Assembly (NCBI GenBank): GCA_050084985.1
Contig: JBITNC010000001.1
Location: forward strand, 160,456,001 to 160,520,000
Direction of reading: 5' to 3'
DNA: 64,000 bases
DNA from: Nageia nagi
Taxonomy: Eukaryota; Plantae; Pinophyta
The position numbers and the translations under genes are program-made. Below are positions 27,686-42,485 of the stretch, one piece after another. The notes beneath the pieces were generated by a model. The model saw only the letters and a program-made list of their open reading frames with translations, made no database searches and had not been told where the DNA came from. The stretch's first letter is position 1. Each line of letters begins with the position of its first letter.

Positions 27686-28767
27686 TTTATGGAAGCCAGT
27701 TCATCATAATGTTACCATTTGGAGTTTATAAATACGCTATCGCAACAAAGGCTCATCATAAGATCGGAGAGTTCGTTCCTCTAAATTGTAGTTAAAGAGC
27801 ATTAATCTTTAGAAATAAATATGGGTAATAGTTTGATCTTATAGTTGAAGAAAGCTCATAATTTGATTAATCATATCTTTATTAAAGATTTTAACGAGTA
27901 CTTAACAATTTAAGTTATTTATGTTTTTAGGAAAGTTTTTCTAAGTTTTCTTTAATAATTACAATGATTTATGTTATTTAAAATCTATTGATTTTATCAA
28001 TTATTTTAAATTTGAAGATAAATTATTTATTCAATATTTATATTTTTTAAATAATTATATAAATCATTATATCTTTTCTACTATAGGTTTTAGATATAAT
28101 AATTAATTAATATTAAAGATGATATTAATATATTTTCTATCAATTTGATTTTTTTATCATGTAATATTCTCTTTTTGAGATTGTTTTTATGACCAAACAA
28201 AAACTTCTACTTTGTTTCAATATTTTGAATTAGATTTTTTTTTAATAACTATTTTTAACTATCTTTTTCTCACTCAACTCAAAATCTTATACTTAGATGT
28301 GTGTCATATGTTTTTGTTCATTTGAAAAGTAAACTAAGTGTGACAATGCTTCTTAACTTTGCATTTATGTTGTATAATATTATAATATTTTCTCATTTAC
28401 AAGATTCTACTTTTAATATGATTAGCTATTGTGAAATTTTTAATATAAAGTTAAATTTGTCCTTTTTTATAATTCTAAAATATCATTTTATTTTTTAGTT
28501 TTTATGCAATATTTAGCATTAGATTGGTGATATGATTGGAATTATGAATACTATGACCATATGCCTTCTATTTGTTATGTATATGCATTATAGATTACTT
28601 AACCAATAATTGAGATTAAAACATATTTTGTGTATCCCAACAATTGTGTTAATGTCACATAGATTGGAATTTTTGTTTAACTTATTTAAAAACTACTTCA
28701 ACTCCCATTATATGTTCCATATTGTTTATTATACTATATTATTTTTTATCATTAAAGGCTTACCATC

Positions 28768-31140
28768 TTGGCACCATATAGCCCCTTCACTATTTATTTT
28801 TGTCAATGAAGCCTTTGGGTACCTCCTTGCTCACAAAGCTGATTTGGGGTTCGTCAAAAGCATCTCTCTTCACCACACAGATAAACAACTAATCAATGGG
28901 CCCTTTGAACATTGATGTCTCCTTCCTAACTCTTTCTAAATATGAATCCTCTATATCTGATGTCTAGGCTTGCTTGAACACTTTTTGCTTAGCCTCTAGT
29001 TCAAGCGTATAGTGGAGAAAAACTTCATGCTATAGATAATCATCAAGTGACACCCTTGAGTGGCTAGCTTCAAAATCATGGAGTTAGACTCAACATGGAG
29101 AGATGTTCAAATTCTTTAGTATCCTATCTTATTTTCAAGGTGCCTCGGATAGCTTACAGTACTATGTAGTTTAAAAATCTAAAAACATATGAGTTATCCA
29201 GCCACCAAAAATATTTCTTAGGCTAAGAGATTCTACATATGTTCCAAGGTTCTTGCTTTGCTAAATGTGTATTATTATTCTTGTTGGATCCCTTCCAAAA
29301 GTTATTATAAGTCTTAGGAAAAAAAGCTTAAAGCCTTCCTTTGCTCAAATAGTGAAGCTAAAAAGGAGTCTCATAAAGTAGCTTGGGAAACCTATTGTCT
29401 CCCCAAATCATTCAATGGCATGGGTTTGTTTGATAGTCAAAGATAAAAATTTGTATTATATGCTAAATAGATTGTTAGATCCCTTAGGGAGATGAAAGTT
29501 GTAAAAATATTATTAGGAATATGATCCTCTTTTGGCTCCCCTTTAGGAAAAAGGTATGGAAAGGTATAAACCTTAAAATTCTCATCATTGGCCCATTTGT
29601 AATAAAAACTAAATGATCCTTTATCATCCAAAGATTTTGGAAAGCTTGGGAATCTCTCAAGAGCAAACTTTCATGAAAAAAGGAAGATTGTGTTGCTTAA
29701 GTACCTTAGTTAAATATTTGGTTTGCATTTAGTATCTAAGGTATCCCCTTAGGTAATGTGCAATATATTCATGCATGAAGAGTTTTTAAAATGGGACTTA
29801 CCTATTTGATTAACTTCATATTTTCTCACAATAATGCATGGATTTTATGGATGAATTTTAAAAAAATTTAACCTTTTGGATAAGGACAAATGCACAAACA
29901 AGGTTGTGATTGAAAATACCCCTTGGTAATATAGAATAAGATCTTTTGACGATACCATATATCTTTGGTGGAAGATTGGGTTTAGCCCAAAAATATCCCT
30001 CTATCCAAATATAAATTCAACTTGGGATACACTTGGTTATCTCCAATCAATTCAATGTATGATAAATTCAACACAAAATGGGATCTTATTTCTTCTAAAA
30101 TATGCTAGGTCTTACAATTTCAAGTAGTTTGGGCAAAATTCCTAGAACCTAAAAAGAGGTTTCTTGGGTGGGGTGTACTACATCAAGGCCTCCCCTTTGG
30201 ATAAAGACTAAAATATATGGGTGTTACTGATACATGTTGTAAAAACTATTTGGAAGAGGAATACTATGAATATGTATTCTAGGATTTCCCTAAAGCATGA
30301 GAAGCTTGGATTGGATTCTTACTTTTTACAGACCCTACATGAAAAGCCCCTATTATTAGGTTCACATTTAGTTAGGTGATCATGTTGATTTTGTTGAAAA
30401 TATATCATTTTTTGGTATATTTTTAGAATTGGTCTACTATTTCACTTATGGAAGACAGGATCTAAAATCATATTTTCAAACATGACTCCTTCTCTCTACT
30501 CTCTCTCTCTCCAATAAATATGAGGTATTCTATGATTATTGTTTGCATATTTTCAAGTGGAAAATATCAATATTAAAATTCAACACTTACATTGTCTCAT
30601 AGACTAATAGGAAAATGCTCCATGTGTGATAAATAGGCTTCCTCACAAAATGGATGCAAAGAATGCATCTCCACTATTGGCACATGGAAGAGTTCATCCC
30701 AGATCATGCAAAGCTCAAGCACATGTATGATATCCATCCCCTCCCTTAGAAGTCTTATGAAAAGGTTATTTGATGGATTGATAAGGTAATACCTTCCTAG
30801 GCAATAGAAGATGTAGTTAACAATGCAATGAATGTTGATGGTGGTGCAATCATTGGTAATGACTAGGATGCTATGAGTGTCTCTCAAGGATGACATTATG
30901 ATGCTTTGGCTAAAAAGTTTTATTTGAGGAGTAGTTGATTTTTATGGTATGGGTTTGATGATATTATTGTTATTATGGTATAATGATACATTGATACTTT
31001 TGATATATTCCTAACTAACAATACAATGTGATTAGTGTGACTTAGTTTTTCTTTGTGATATTTTGGGGAGTGCTAATCCCTCCCACTGCTATCTTATTTT
31101 ACATGATTAAATAATAAATGTACTTTTTCATACAAAAAAA
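28768..31140 (+). mobile_element. 5'-truncated, decayed L1-type LINE (RT C-terminal half + zf-RVT)
   Basis: IAPSLFIFVNEAFGYLLAH..LINGPFEH* (decayed PL.P.LF / FADD region); HKVAWETYCLPKSFNGMGL; LHQGLP..RLKYMG..TCC; AATAAA 31113 and A-run 31134-31140; candidate TSD CTTACCATC (28759-28767) / CTTAGCATC (31141-31149). Confidence 0.85.
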
Positions 31141-31429
31141 CTTAGCATCATATCATTATTCATATTCATTTTTTTAAAATAACACATTGTATAAGATATG
31201 ATTTAAAATTTAGCTCCTATATATATATATATATATATATATAAACTTCTTGTAAAAAAATATTTAATATTAGTTTTTGCAATATTGTAAAAGATTTCAT
31301 CTTACCCTCTTAAATCATATTTAAATTTCATTTAATTCTCTTTAGCTTCTTATAAAGTTTTTAAAAATTTTATATGTAAGAATTAACATGCAAGTGTTGT
31401 TTAATAGGAACCTAACAAATTATATTTTA

Positions 31430-31655
31430 CAACATATCTAGTCTAACTGGCTAATGTGCTGACCTTATGAGACGGTGGTTAGGGTTTCAATATCATTGAT
31501 TTTTCTAAGTGTCTCTTAAGTACTAGCTAAGGACTATGTGGGTGTTGACTAATATATACTATTTTGATATTTTGTAGTATTAACTCAAAATCTATAATTT
31601 TTTTCCTAGATATAATAATGGAAGACCACTTTGTGATCTAATTAAGCTATCAAAA
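31430..31655 (+). mobile_element. Possible degenerate tRNA-derived SINE
   Basis: A-box-like TAGTCTAACTGG at 31439 and degenerate B-box GGTTTCAATATC ~44 nt downstream; ends GCTATCAAAAA. Confidence 0.35.
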
Positions 31656-34600
31656 ATTCCATATCAGCTAGAAGGTTGTATAATTATAGAGTTGCTTAAT
31701 TATAATTAATACAAACCTGATATATTATTAAATTACATATTCAAATACACATGGAATAATGTGACATATTTTGTATCCCCTACTCTCTCTTTTTTTCTCT
31801 TTCAATAAACTTAGATACTAACTTTTAGAGGCCATAAATTTTGATCTAGGATTTTTTTCTTTTCGAAAATTTTATACTTTTTTGTGTTAAAAGTGTTTAT
31901 GTAGCCTATTTTATTCAACCTATAAGCGAATAAAAAAGAAATTAGAAAATTTGAAATATTTTTATTCCCTAAATTGGTGATAGTTTTCTAAAATGGAAGG
32001 AATAACTCATGATAATTATGTTTGATGAATATTTGGTTTACATTATTATATTGAATTATACTATGAAATTCAAAAGGGATTACAATATCACTATGTAGGT
32101 GATATAAACTATGAACATTATTATAGCATTATGTTATACTTGTTATGCACATTAAAATAAGTCAAAAAAATATATTGAAGAGGTTAAAATATTTAATGAA
32201 GAGGATTATGATTTTTAATAAAGAGACGGATTTCATTTGATCTTAGTATAATAATATTATGACTTGATTTTTTGAAATTATATTTTAAATTATAATATAT
32301 TATTATGACTACAAAAGGTTTAAATAGTAATAAAACTAGAACTATTTAGATTATTCTTGATCATTCACTAAAGAGCTTTAGAGAAATAAATATTTTTAAT
32401 ACATTTAATGCATTGTAGCCTTAAAACAATTTCTACTATTCAAAGACATCAATAATTTCTTCAAGATGAGGTCGATAGGAAAGTTAAAATACTAAATTAG
32501 GTGAAACCTCTTTTTTTAAGGGATGACAAGAATATGACTTAATGTAACTAGTTAGCCAATAATAATCAAGAAAATGTAATAATAAGGATGAATAGGATAT
32601 GAATGATAATCACAAATTAAATAAGCGTAATCACAAATAAAATAATGTAGGAATGAGATACCAAACCTTGAGAAGAAACTAACACTATTGAAAATTAAAT
32701 CTTTTAAAGGAGACATAGAAAAGGGAAATAGCTTTAGTTGATCCATGATAGTAAGGGCCTCACATGGAAAGAAGGTAATATATGACAATTAGTATATATA
32801 TTCAAATGGTCTTCATTGTATGATCATGGATAAGGAATCATTGTGTAATTTTGAGCATTATCATAATGGTAGCATGATTGTAAAAATAACCAATTATGAT
32901 ATTCCTACAATTATTAAAATTATATATAGGAAAAATAAGAATGGATGAATATGTGATGTTTATTATTTTACAAAGATAAATATCAAATTATTATCACTGT
33001 ACTAAAGACTAAGAGTGAGAAGACAACAAAGTTCTACAGGGATAAGATATATATGAATGATATGGCTAATAACTTTAAAATAATTTCTTTGATTTATTTT
33101 ATAGGTATCAAATCTTTTTTAAGGTTAAAAAATTCGTCAAAAGTAGTCATATTAAGGCTTTTATTGTATTAGATACATAGAGAAGGATATTTATAAGCCT
33201 TAACATTTGAAAATATAATACTCAAACTATAAATACTTATATCTTATAATATGTAAGTGATTTGTGCAATGTTTATTTTCATCCAATTACTCTTCTAATG
33301 ATATTTATAATTATAGTTATATTATTCAAGAAAATAATGTAGATACTTTTCAAAATGGAAACATATACAAAACATTTATGTTGTTAAAGATCATTCAACT
33401 CATTATTCACCTAAGAATGTTATTTCACATGGAGGATAAGGTTTCATTCTCTCTTTCACTAATAACCATTTTTAAAATGATATAAGTTTTCCTTTTGAAA
33501 CTTACTAATAGTATTTTAAAACATTCTAAGAAGTTCAAATGTATGGTCGATAGATTAATTTTGTAGGTTCGACTACAAAAAAAAAGAGAAAAGTAGGTAC
33601 AAACTAACTATGCTCAATTCTTTCACTTCTAGGTTGTTTCAACATATTATTAACATGTTGTACACAGTAATTAATAAGATTTAGTACTCAAAATTAGGCT
33701 ATTTAACATATTATTATGTATTCATACAAAAAAAATGTTTTTAGATAATGGATTTTATTTATGAGTATAGTAGCTAAATACTTATTATTATATGAATACT
33801 ATTGTTTGGTACAAGATTTCAATTTTTGTAAGAATATAAAATTGAAGATATAGATAATTGAATTATAACTAATAGAATTGATTGATATTTTCATAACTAG
33901 AGGTAATATGGTCCAACATTAAAAGATGTGTTATGAAAAATGAAGTACAATGTCTATTCAACATTACCTTAAAAAGAGATTTCATTAACATAAAATAATT
34001 GATTAATAAGATAATAAGGAATTTATAATAGAATTAAGCAATAGTAATTTAATCAATTATTATAATATATCTAGAAGGATATATATTGATTAATAATTAG
34101 AAGGTTTCTAGAAAATTTAAATGAATTAGTCTCAAAATAAAGAATGGTCCAGCAACTTATTAGGTTTTATTATTATTTCATGTTAGAATGCAAAATAATA
34201 AAAAAATACTAACGTATAAAATACTATGAGAGTTAATTGATGTGTTTACATATGTATGTGAAAATATGGTCTATTAGGTGTCACTAGGTAATAATATTAC
34301 TTCAACCTAGGAATGATAGATATAAAGCAAAATTGCACTACATTACATTCTATATATCTAGTTTACATCTCTACAAATATCATCTCATTCTCTAATAGCA
34401 TAACATATTTTCTCCACTAGTGATATAACCATAAACATATTCAATTGCATGTCATTAGTTTACTTTTGAGAACATTCTCTCATCCCCATCCATACTACAA
34501 ACAATCCATGAAAACATGAATCATAAATATTATAACCTTTCTTGGACTTAGTGTAATTGTTTAATGAATTATATATTACAAGGGATTATATTTCAACCAC

Positions 34601-34827
34601 TCCTTGAAACTTATCTTTGACTTTGTTAAAATCAAAATATAATAAATATATTAAAAATGTTAATACTCTTTTAACTACTTTTTTTTAAAAAAGATAGAAT
34701 TAAATTACAATAAATATCCATTATTGAACATAATATTCTAATGCTACTAAAAAGTATATCTAATTAAATACAAATAGAAAAATAAGGATACTAAAATAAA
34801 ACTAGAGAATAACTATTTTCATCAATA

Positions 34828-34903
34828 TTATATATATATATATAGTCATGTTCTACATGGAAGAACAATAAAATAAAAATAAAAATGAATACCAATATTA
34901 GAG

Positions 34904-34940
<37 letters not shown>

Positions 34941-35000
34941 ATGTTATACATGGAAGAACAATAAAAAATAAATAAAAATGAATACCAATATTTGAGATTA
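34828..35000 (+). repeat. Two-copy tandem duplication of a (TA)n-headed unit
   Basis: (TA)n-GTCATGTT.TACATGGAAGAACAATAAAA...GAATACCAATATT.GAGATT occurs twice. Confidence 0.85.
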
Positions 35001-38000
35001 ATAATGTTATGTATTTGTAGTAATGGTTGGAACAAAACTCAATATGTCATCATCTACTAGTTTAATGTACTAGGCTAAGGAGCTAGGTTGTACAATGCTA
35101 TAATGAAGCAAGGATCTTCCTCGAAACCTCTCCAAAGTAAAAATACTTTTCAGTGTAGAATACATTTGTAACCTCTAATGGAGAAGGCCTCTTCATAAAG
35201 TAGAAGGAAGGAATATCCAAACCAACATACGCTACCCTTGATTTTCTTGCATTCTTTAATTATTTTTTTTATAATCACATCAATAAATATTTTATATTTA
35301 TTGATAAAATAAATTTTTTTTGGTAATTTTAAATCATATTGATAATATTGTTTAAGAAGGAATAAATAAACTTGATCTATATGAAAATCTTAGTAGATTT
35401 ATATTTTATTTTGTTTTGAAAATATTTTTTTCTAGGCATGCTAACTACATTTAAATATTTGTATGATGATACTGTACATGAAGAAATTTGTATGCTAATA
35501 TGTTAGTAACATTATTTTTAAATCCTATTGTAAATATCTTGATTACCAATTAAATGTCTAAATAATGGGAAATAGAAAAATGTAGCCTCTTGGTTTAGGT
35601 AAGAATATGATCAATTCAATAAAATACTTATAGTTTTATCTTTATAAAATAAAATCCTTTCTTTCAAAGATAGTATCTCAATTATCATTCTCCAATTCAT
35701 TACAAATATAAGACTTTATAAGAGAAAGAAAATTTAAACTATCAAATGATATAAAGATAAATGAAGATAATGAGGAATTGGGTAAACAAATATCTAAGAA
35801 AAATAATATAACTACTAATAAATTTACTTGAGACTCATAGCCATTAATATAAGATTTTTCAAGATGAAAAACTTAGCTCTAACACAATTATGCAAAATCA
35901 TTAATATAGAATGAGTACATCCAAAAACATGAATACTTGAATGATTTTAGCTCCAACATGAATTCACTACACATCCACCTAGGGTGTTTTCAAGTATTTT
36001 TTTGCCATCTTAAAATATTATCTATTTTTGGTCACCCTAAATTTTCAAACTTCAAAATGCATGTTCATTTTTATTTTTTTTATATATTTTAATATATTAA
36101 CAATATGACATGCTAGTATTCAATCCATGCTAAAGAGAACAAGTGATAAGTGCTACCATAGTCTAGCTCCTTATTGCTATAGTCAATAAAATGGGGTTAA
36201 GGTACTTACACTTGAAGTTATGCAACCTCATCCTTGAAAGAACTAAATATACTTCATGTATGATTCTTTAAAACCATAATCTTATCATGATTTAATAATT
36301 AATCATCCATTTAACATCTCAAATCCCACTATGCATAACTCACATAGGAACCCACAAATAATATCCCTAATTACTTGTTCATATAAGCTCATGCATAAGA
36401 ACCATGTAAATGATGACTACATCATGCTTATCATATTCCACTACCAATATATGGTTGATTTATAACTTCCTCACCTAATCACTAAGATAACTTTATGAAT
36501 ACATTATGGTATCTAAGGATTGAAATAACTTAATCTTTTATGAAACTAAAAGTACCCTAATTGAATCTAAGTCTTAGAATTTCTCATTATAATTAGTTTA
36601 AGGTCTAACTAAGTCTTTGGTTTCAATTTATACCACTCATTCAAACTTAACCTCTTTGATTCATTTCTCCTCAACCCATAATTTATCCTATTTATCTTAT
36701 TTGCAACTTTTCCTATATGTGCAAGTCATTACTCCTAAATTTTACATCTGTTACATTTAACTATTAAATAACATGTGTATTATAATGCTTCATCAATCAT
36801 TATTTAATTTATGGAGGCCTCATCATTTCTTACAACCTTAATTATTAAGGTCATAGATGGGATACTTATCCATCTCCTTACCATGACCTTATTTATATTT
36901 ATAAAGAGTCAATAAAAGTATTATATATTACATAAATTTAGGAAAGTACAGTAGGATTGAATTTTTTGGCAAAAATGATTCTAAATATAAACTCTACATA
37001 ATTAAAAACCTAAATACATAAAAGCTTAAAAAAATTATTAAAATAATATTCTCAATCCAATTAATCCTTTTTGAAGCAATTGCATATAATTTCAATAATC
37101 AAAGAGACTATATGAAGTCATTGTAACAACAAGTAATCCTAAGAAAATCAAATCAAACATTATGTGTTTGTTATGAGGCATTTCCACCTAACCATAAGCA
37201 CCTAAGTCATGGGACTAGTCTCCAATTCTATGTATTCATAAGTCATGATACAATTTAAGTTTAATGCTTAATTATTTGAAGGCATAATAATCTTTTCCAT
37301 AACACATTAATCAATATGTTCATTAAAGAAAAAAAGGTTCACAATAACATCTATACCTTACAATATCCCTTTTCAGTTCTTAAGAGATACTCAATTTATG
37401 ATATTAGGAATCAACCTAGCATTAACCTTGTAGTTAAATATTAAATCCATGAATTTGAACAACCTAAAAAACCATACTAAACTATGCAAACATGATAAAA
37501 AATACAAAATACTAAAAATAACTAAAATCTATATGTATTACGTGAGCACCTTGAAATCAGATAAACTACAACATGGGAGTTGTGAGTCTAAAAGGAAAAT
37601 ATAACAAGGATATTTCATTATATTGTAAGTTGCTATTCAATGAGTCTGGCTCATTGTCACAAAAAATATACCAAAATTATAAGGATTTGTTTCAATTAAA
37701 ATAATGTAATAGAACCTAAATAACAAAACTCCATAGCTAATCTAATAATTACTATATGGATACAATCATAGAATGAGCTAAATAACAATTTGGTTATGGT
37801 GTCTGGACATGGTCACAATGGCAACATTGTTCCTAAATATCTCTTGAAAACGAATGAATCAAAAAGTAAGTTATTATTATATGATATATAGGAAAGTGGT
37901 TGAAAAACAAAGGAAGCATAAAGGCTTTAGAAAATACATTTGAAAAGCAAATAGTTAAATGGTGAGAAGATGTTTTATGCCTAGTCATCTCCTTGCTTTA

Positions 38001-41000
38001 TAGATTTCTTGAAATGGGTATATTTTTTGTTTAAAGCTACTATTCTGGATTATAATGGGTGATGAAGCATGAATTTACAATTTAGCCAATAATTTGTAAT
38101 ATCTTGATTCTTCTATAATTGATATATGATCTAGTAAATACTTTAGATTCTAAATCTTCAACTTCTTTCAATTACATATTTATTTTTACCTTTCATAGAA
38201 ACATTAAAAATAACAAATAACTATAATTATTGATACCTTTTTGTTTTGACAATTCTCCTTTTGAACTTGTTTTCTATAGTGGAGTCCAAGAGGAGGTCAT
38301 GGGAAGAAATGGATGTAGCTTTAGTAAAAAGGGAGAATATGAGATAGATGAATTAGAGGAATGAGTGGAGGAGGAGAAGGAAAAGGGTCAAAAAGATACT
38401 TGCAATTTTATATCTATATTTGTATTTCAAAAGAATCTAAACATTATGTGTGTTCTTGTATCTTCTTCCTCACACTAGTTTTTGGGAACAATAACATAAG
38501 AAGTTACAAAATATACCTTCTTCATACATTGCATATTTTAGAAAACATAGTGGATGATAAGAATGAGCATTAAGGGAAAGACAATGACTACATTTGGATA
38601 TATTATTTATTGAGGGTTGTATTTATAGATGAAAGGGTAAGATAAATTTTAGTATTTATGAGTCCTCATTATATTCTATATAAATTTAGCCATGAGAAAA
38701 ATATTTAATTTGGTCTTTGGATCTCTATAGGAATCATTTTTGTCAACAAATCATACTAGAATACAACTTTCAATGAATGAGTTACACATACCCATGATTG
38801 ATTATCTTATCTTCAAGTGTTACTCTAACTTTAAGAGATAATTTTTTTAATTAATAAAAACTAACAATGCATCTCAATATTATTATCTACTTGTATCTAA
38901 TTCATGAAAGGATATTTAACTTTGAAATTTTGTTCTTGATCTATGTCCTTCGGTTACATTCATTATGTCTCATGAATTGCAATCTTTGAATTTATCATTG
39001 CTTATCTACAAACATATCCCTCCATATATTTTTGAAATGATAAATATGCAACTCAATTCACTTTATTTTCTATGAATATAGTTGTATCAATTTCACAAGC
39101 TTCACATGACTATTGTTCCAAGAATATATTGATTGATCCCCTATTTGAAAAGTTCCTACTAATGTTTGAATATACCCTTCATAGATCAAATAAGATTTTA
39201 ATTCCATGTGGAATGTTTGTATTCCATGTTAATACATGTACATCTATCCTGCGTGATATAGGATTAAAGCTAGGAGTTTTATGTGTACCTGACATACCAT
39301 ATGTTATATCTCTAGTTTGGAAATCACTATTTTTTAATGACTAGGACATTAGATTGATCTTTGCTGAAATAATTTAATTAAGAATATAAAAATAACATAT
39401 GGTTCATTACAATGGTTTAAGGTTAAGGTCAATAGATGCATACCTTAAACAATAAAGTTGGTCCTTAACTTGCAATGTTAGGTTAAATAATAGTCTTCCT
39501 AGGTCTTGTAAAGAATAACTAAACAATGTTAGACCTTAACAATATTCTAGGACCTTTATTAAGCATGTCATCAATGATTGGGTTCCCAAACCCCAAGATC
39601 ACCACCACCTAGATAACAACTTCCTAATGCTGAGGTTGACATCATGTTTGAACATGTTTAAGAAACTATATTCTTTTCATATTTTGGATCTTCATGGGTA
39701 ATAGTATTCTCTTTCAATGTATTACAAAAGCATTCTTAAATTTGATGTGATTTTTTGAAGTCTTCATTAAGAAATATCATGATCCATGAATCACTAAGCT
39801 AGTTTCATCAAACCAAAAGAACGACAAGCACATAAAATTCTCTTTAAAATAGTATGTTGGGATGTGACATTAAAAATCAAGATACCATCCATATAAAAGA
39901 GAAGAATTCACAAAATAAATATTATGTTATGATGCAAGAATACAAATGCTCATGTAAGCTCATGGAAAATACAACAAATCGCTAAACATTATTAAAATAC
40001 TTTTCTTGTATCCCAATGAGTTGTAGGATGAAAATATGAATAGTAATCATATATGATAAGAAATTCCATATAACATTTCATAATCTACACTTAAATGCTT
40101 TTCCATCCCTTTCAAATAGATATATGAAAATCCCAACATATAATTTGAATTCCCAACATGCAAGTCTAAAAACCTAACATTTTAATAAATATAGATAGTG
40201 AAGAAGATCACCTAATTATAGGTATATTTAATAAAAACCAATCAAAATCTTGAATATTTGGAAGACCTTTATGACCAAGAAATAAAAAAAAATTCAGAGC
40301 ACCTCCAAAATCCTAAGAACCCACTTCCATTGATGCCTCTAATGAAAATAAGATATCTCCTTTAAATAGGAGTGTATTTTCTTCTTTCAGTTGGATAGCA
40401 ATTGATAACAACCCACCCATGACTGTAAGAAATATACCATGCCCTAACAAAGTCTTATGGCTCCATGAAAAAACTTGTAAAAAATATAGAGTAGAGGTTG
40501 TAATCACCATTCAAATTTCACACTACATCTTATGATGGAAAAGTACTAGGCTAACTAAGCTCCTTCCTCAAGGTTATGCATAAGGAATTTTGGTGAATTG
40601 AAATAACTAAAATGCTAGTGAATTGATTTTTGAAATATTAGTGATTCAATTCCAAAATATTATAGAAGTAGTGGTGAAATTTCAAAATTTCAAAATTAAT
40701 TTAGAAGATTTTGGCAACTTGATATCATTTTTTTAAAAAAGTTAAAAATTATAGGCAACTTCTTCATATTAATGTATAATTTATATATTAACCAAAAAAA
40801 TCTATAGAAAAAAAGATTATAATTGATGACACAAAATGGATATTAGGAAAAAGAGTAGTCAATTGTCATTATAAAGAGAAGATGCTCGACAAGTCTACAT
40901 AATAAAGAGTAGTTGGTCATCTTCATATCTATACAATTGATATCTATACATTCTTTAGAGTATAAGCATATAGAAACTTCTATGTAGAGAAAGAACTTTA

Positions 41001-41874
41001 TGTTATATTACAATGCTGCTCTTAGTGATACTCGTAAAAAGAGCACTAATGTCAAGTTCTTAAGATCTAATTCTTGGATAGATAGGACCAACCTTGGTTA
41101 TTAGCATTTCTTCTAGGCTAGATGAAATCTATTTCTCAATCACTTGTTTAGAATATTTTGTAGAGAATGGTTAGAGTTAAGAATATAACTCCTTGCTTCT
41201 CCACTTTTCTGCACAAGTGTATCCTGATGATTGGACCCCACTCATAGCTCAACTTCATCAATAAAATGTTTTTTGAGCTATTAATATTTAAACATTATTT
41301 TAACAAAAATAACCTTTAAAAAATTATAATATTCATTTCTTAACCATAAATTAAAATGATAACCCTATGAGTGATGGCAAGGGGAAGTTAAAAGGCCAAG
41401 GGGAAGGGAAGAACTTGGTTCTTCCCCCAAGGCAAAGGGAACCATTGGGAACTCCCTCATATTTTGTAAAGGATTCCAAATATGAATTCTAAATATTCTA
41501 ACAGTAGACAACGTTGGATCAATTTTGTATTTGGAATCCTTTTCTAAAATAGAATAGAATTGTATTTCATATTCAATATTCTTCATTAGATGAATTTCTC
41601 TAATTATTGAACAACTATTAACTTGAATACAAATGTAAATCCAAATTAGCTATTTATAAAAATATTTTGATTTGCTAACATATATGAAATATCAATCAAC
41701 ATGCTTAAAATGTCATTTAGTCTAGATGTCAGGTATAATTTTATAAAATATTAGGATTTGAGTGTTTTCTAGGCATATAAATGAATGTAACTATAATGTT
41801 ATTAATATGAATGTCCATTGAGTATTCAAATGACCATATACATAAGAGAGAGTAGTTGATTGTCTTTATAAATA

Positions 41875-42370
41875 AAAGATGCTCAATTATAGAGGAGAGA
41901 ATATGCTTGATTGCAAAGGATAAAAGATGCTTTATCATAGAGAAGAGCATATGCTTGACTATAGAGGAGAGAAGATGCTCAACTATAAAGGATGGAATAT
42001 GTTTGACTGTAAAGAAGATAAAACACTCTAATATACAGCATAGAAGATGCTTGATGGAAGAGAATAAAAAATTCTCAAATATAGAGAATAGCAAATGCTC
42101 AACTGTAGAGGATATAATATGCTCAATTGTAGAGGATAGAAGATACTTGATTATAGAGAAGAGAAGATGCTTGATTGCAAAATATAGAATATGTTAAACT
42201 CCAGAGGAAAGAAGATACTCATCTATAGACAAGAGTAGATGTTCTACTGCAAAGGAGAGAATGTGCTCGATTGTATTTAAAGGAATACATACATCTTCAT
42301 AAAGGGAAGATGCTTGAATTTATTTAATAGAATATGCTCATATTTATAAAGAGAATACACTCATCTTCAT
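41875..42370 (+). repeat. 24-bp (ending as 21-bp) tandem array, core AGATGCTCAACT
   Basis: Gives the 8-aa periodicity of spurious ORF 41856-42197; about 20 copies. Confidence 0.85.
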
Positions 42371-42485
42371 AGCCCTTTCCTTCCTCCATTTTTGCAATTC
42401 ATTATCATCCTCTCTATCCCTTTGATATCTAGTCTTGTTTCATTCTATCCCTTCTCCAACTTTTCTAATATTTATTTGAAATATA

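Noticed and set aside
31439-31500. tRNA gene
   Set aside because: A/B-box-like spacing only, with no cloverleaf; kept as a low-confidence SINE.
32552-32788. KLFPFS resembling a Gypsy gag motif
   Set aside because: Only a six-residue match with no flanking gag signature (no A..W following).
35900-39400. Possible decayed minus-strand transposon accessory gene (NYKLL-like peptide near 38090)
   Set aside because: Similarity too short and ambiguous to support without a search.
41741-42197. ORFs with 8-aa Cys-containing periodicity (also the 7-aa periodic ORFs 54157-54387 and 57615-57830)
   Set aside because: They arise from 24- and 21-bp DNA tandem repeats; the array continues past stop codons and is open on both strands.
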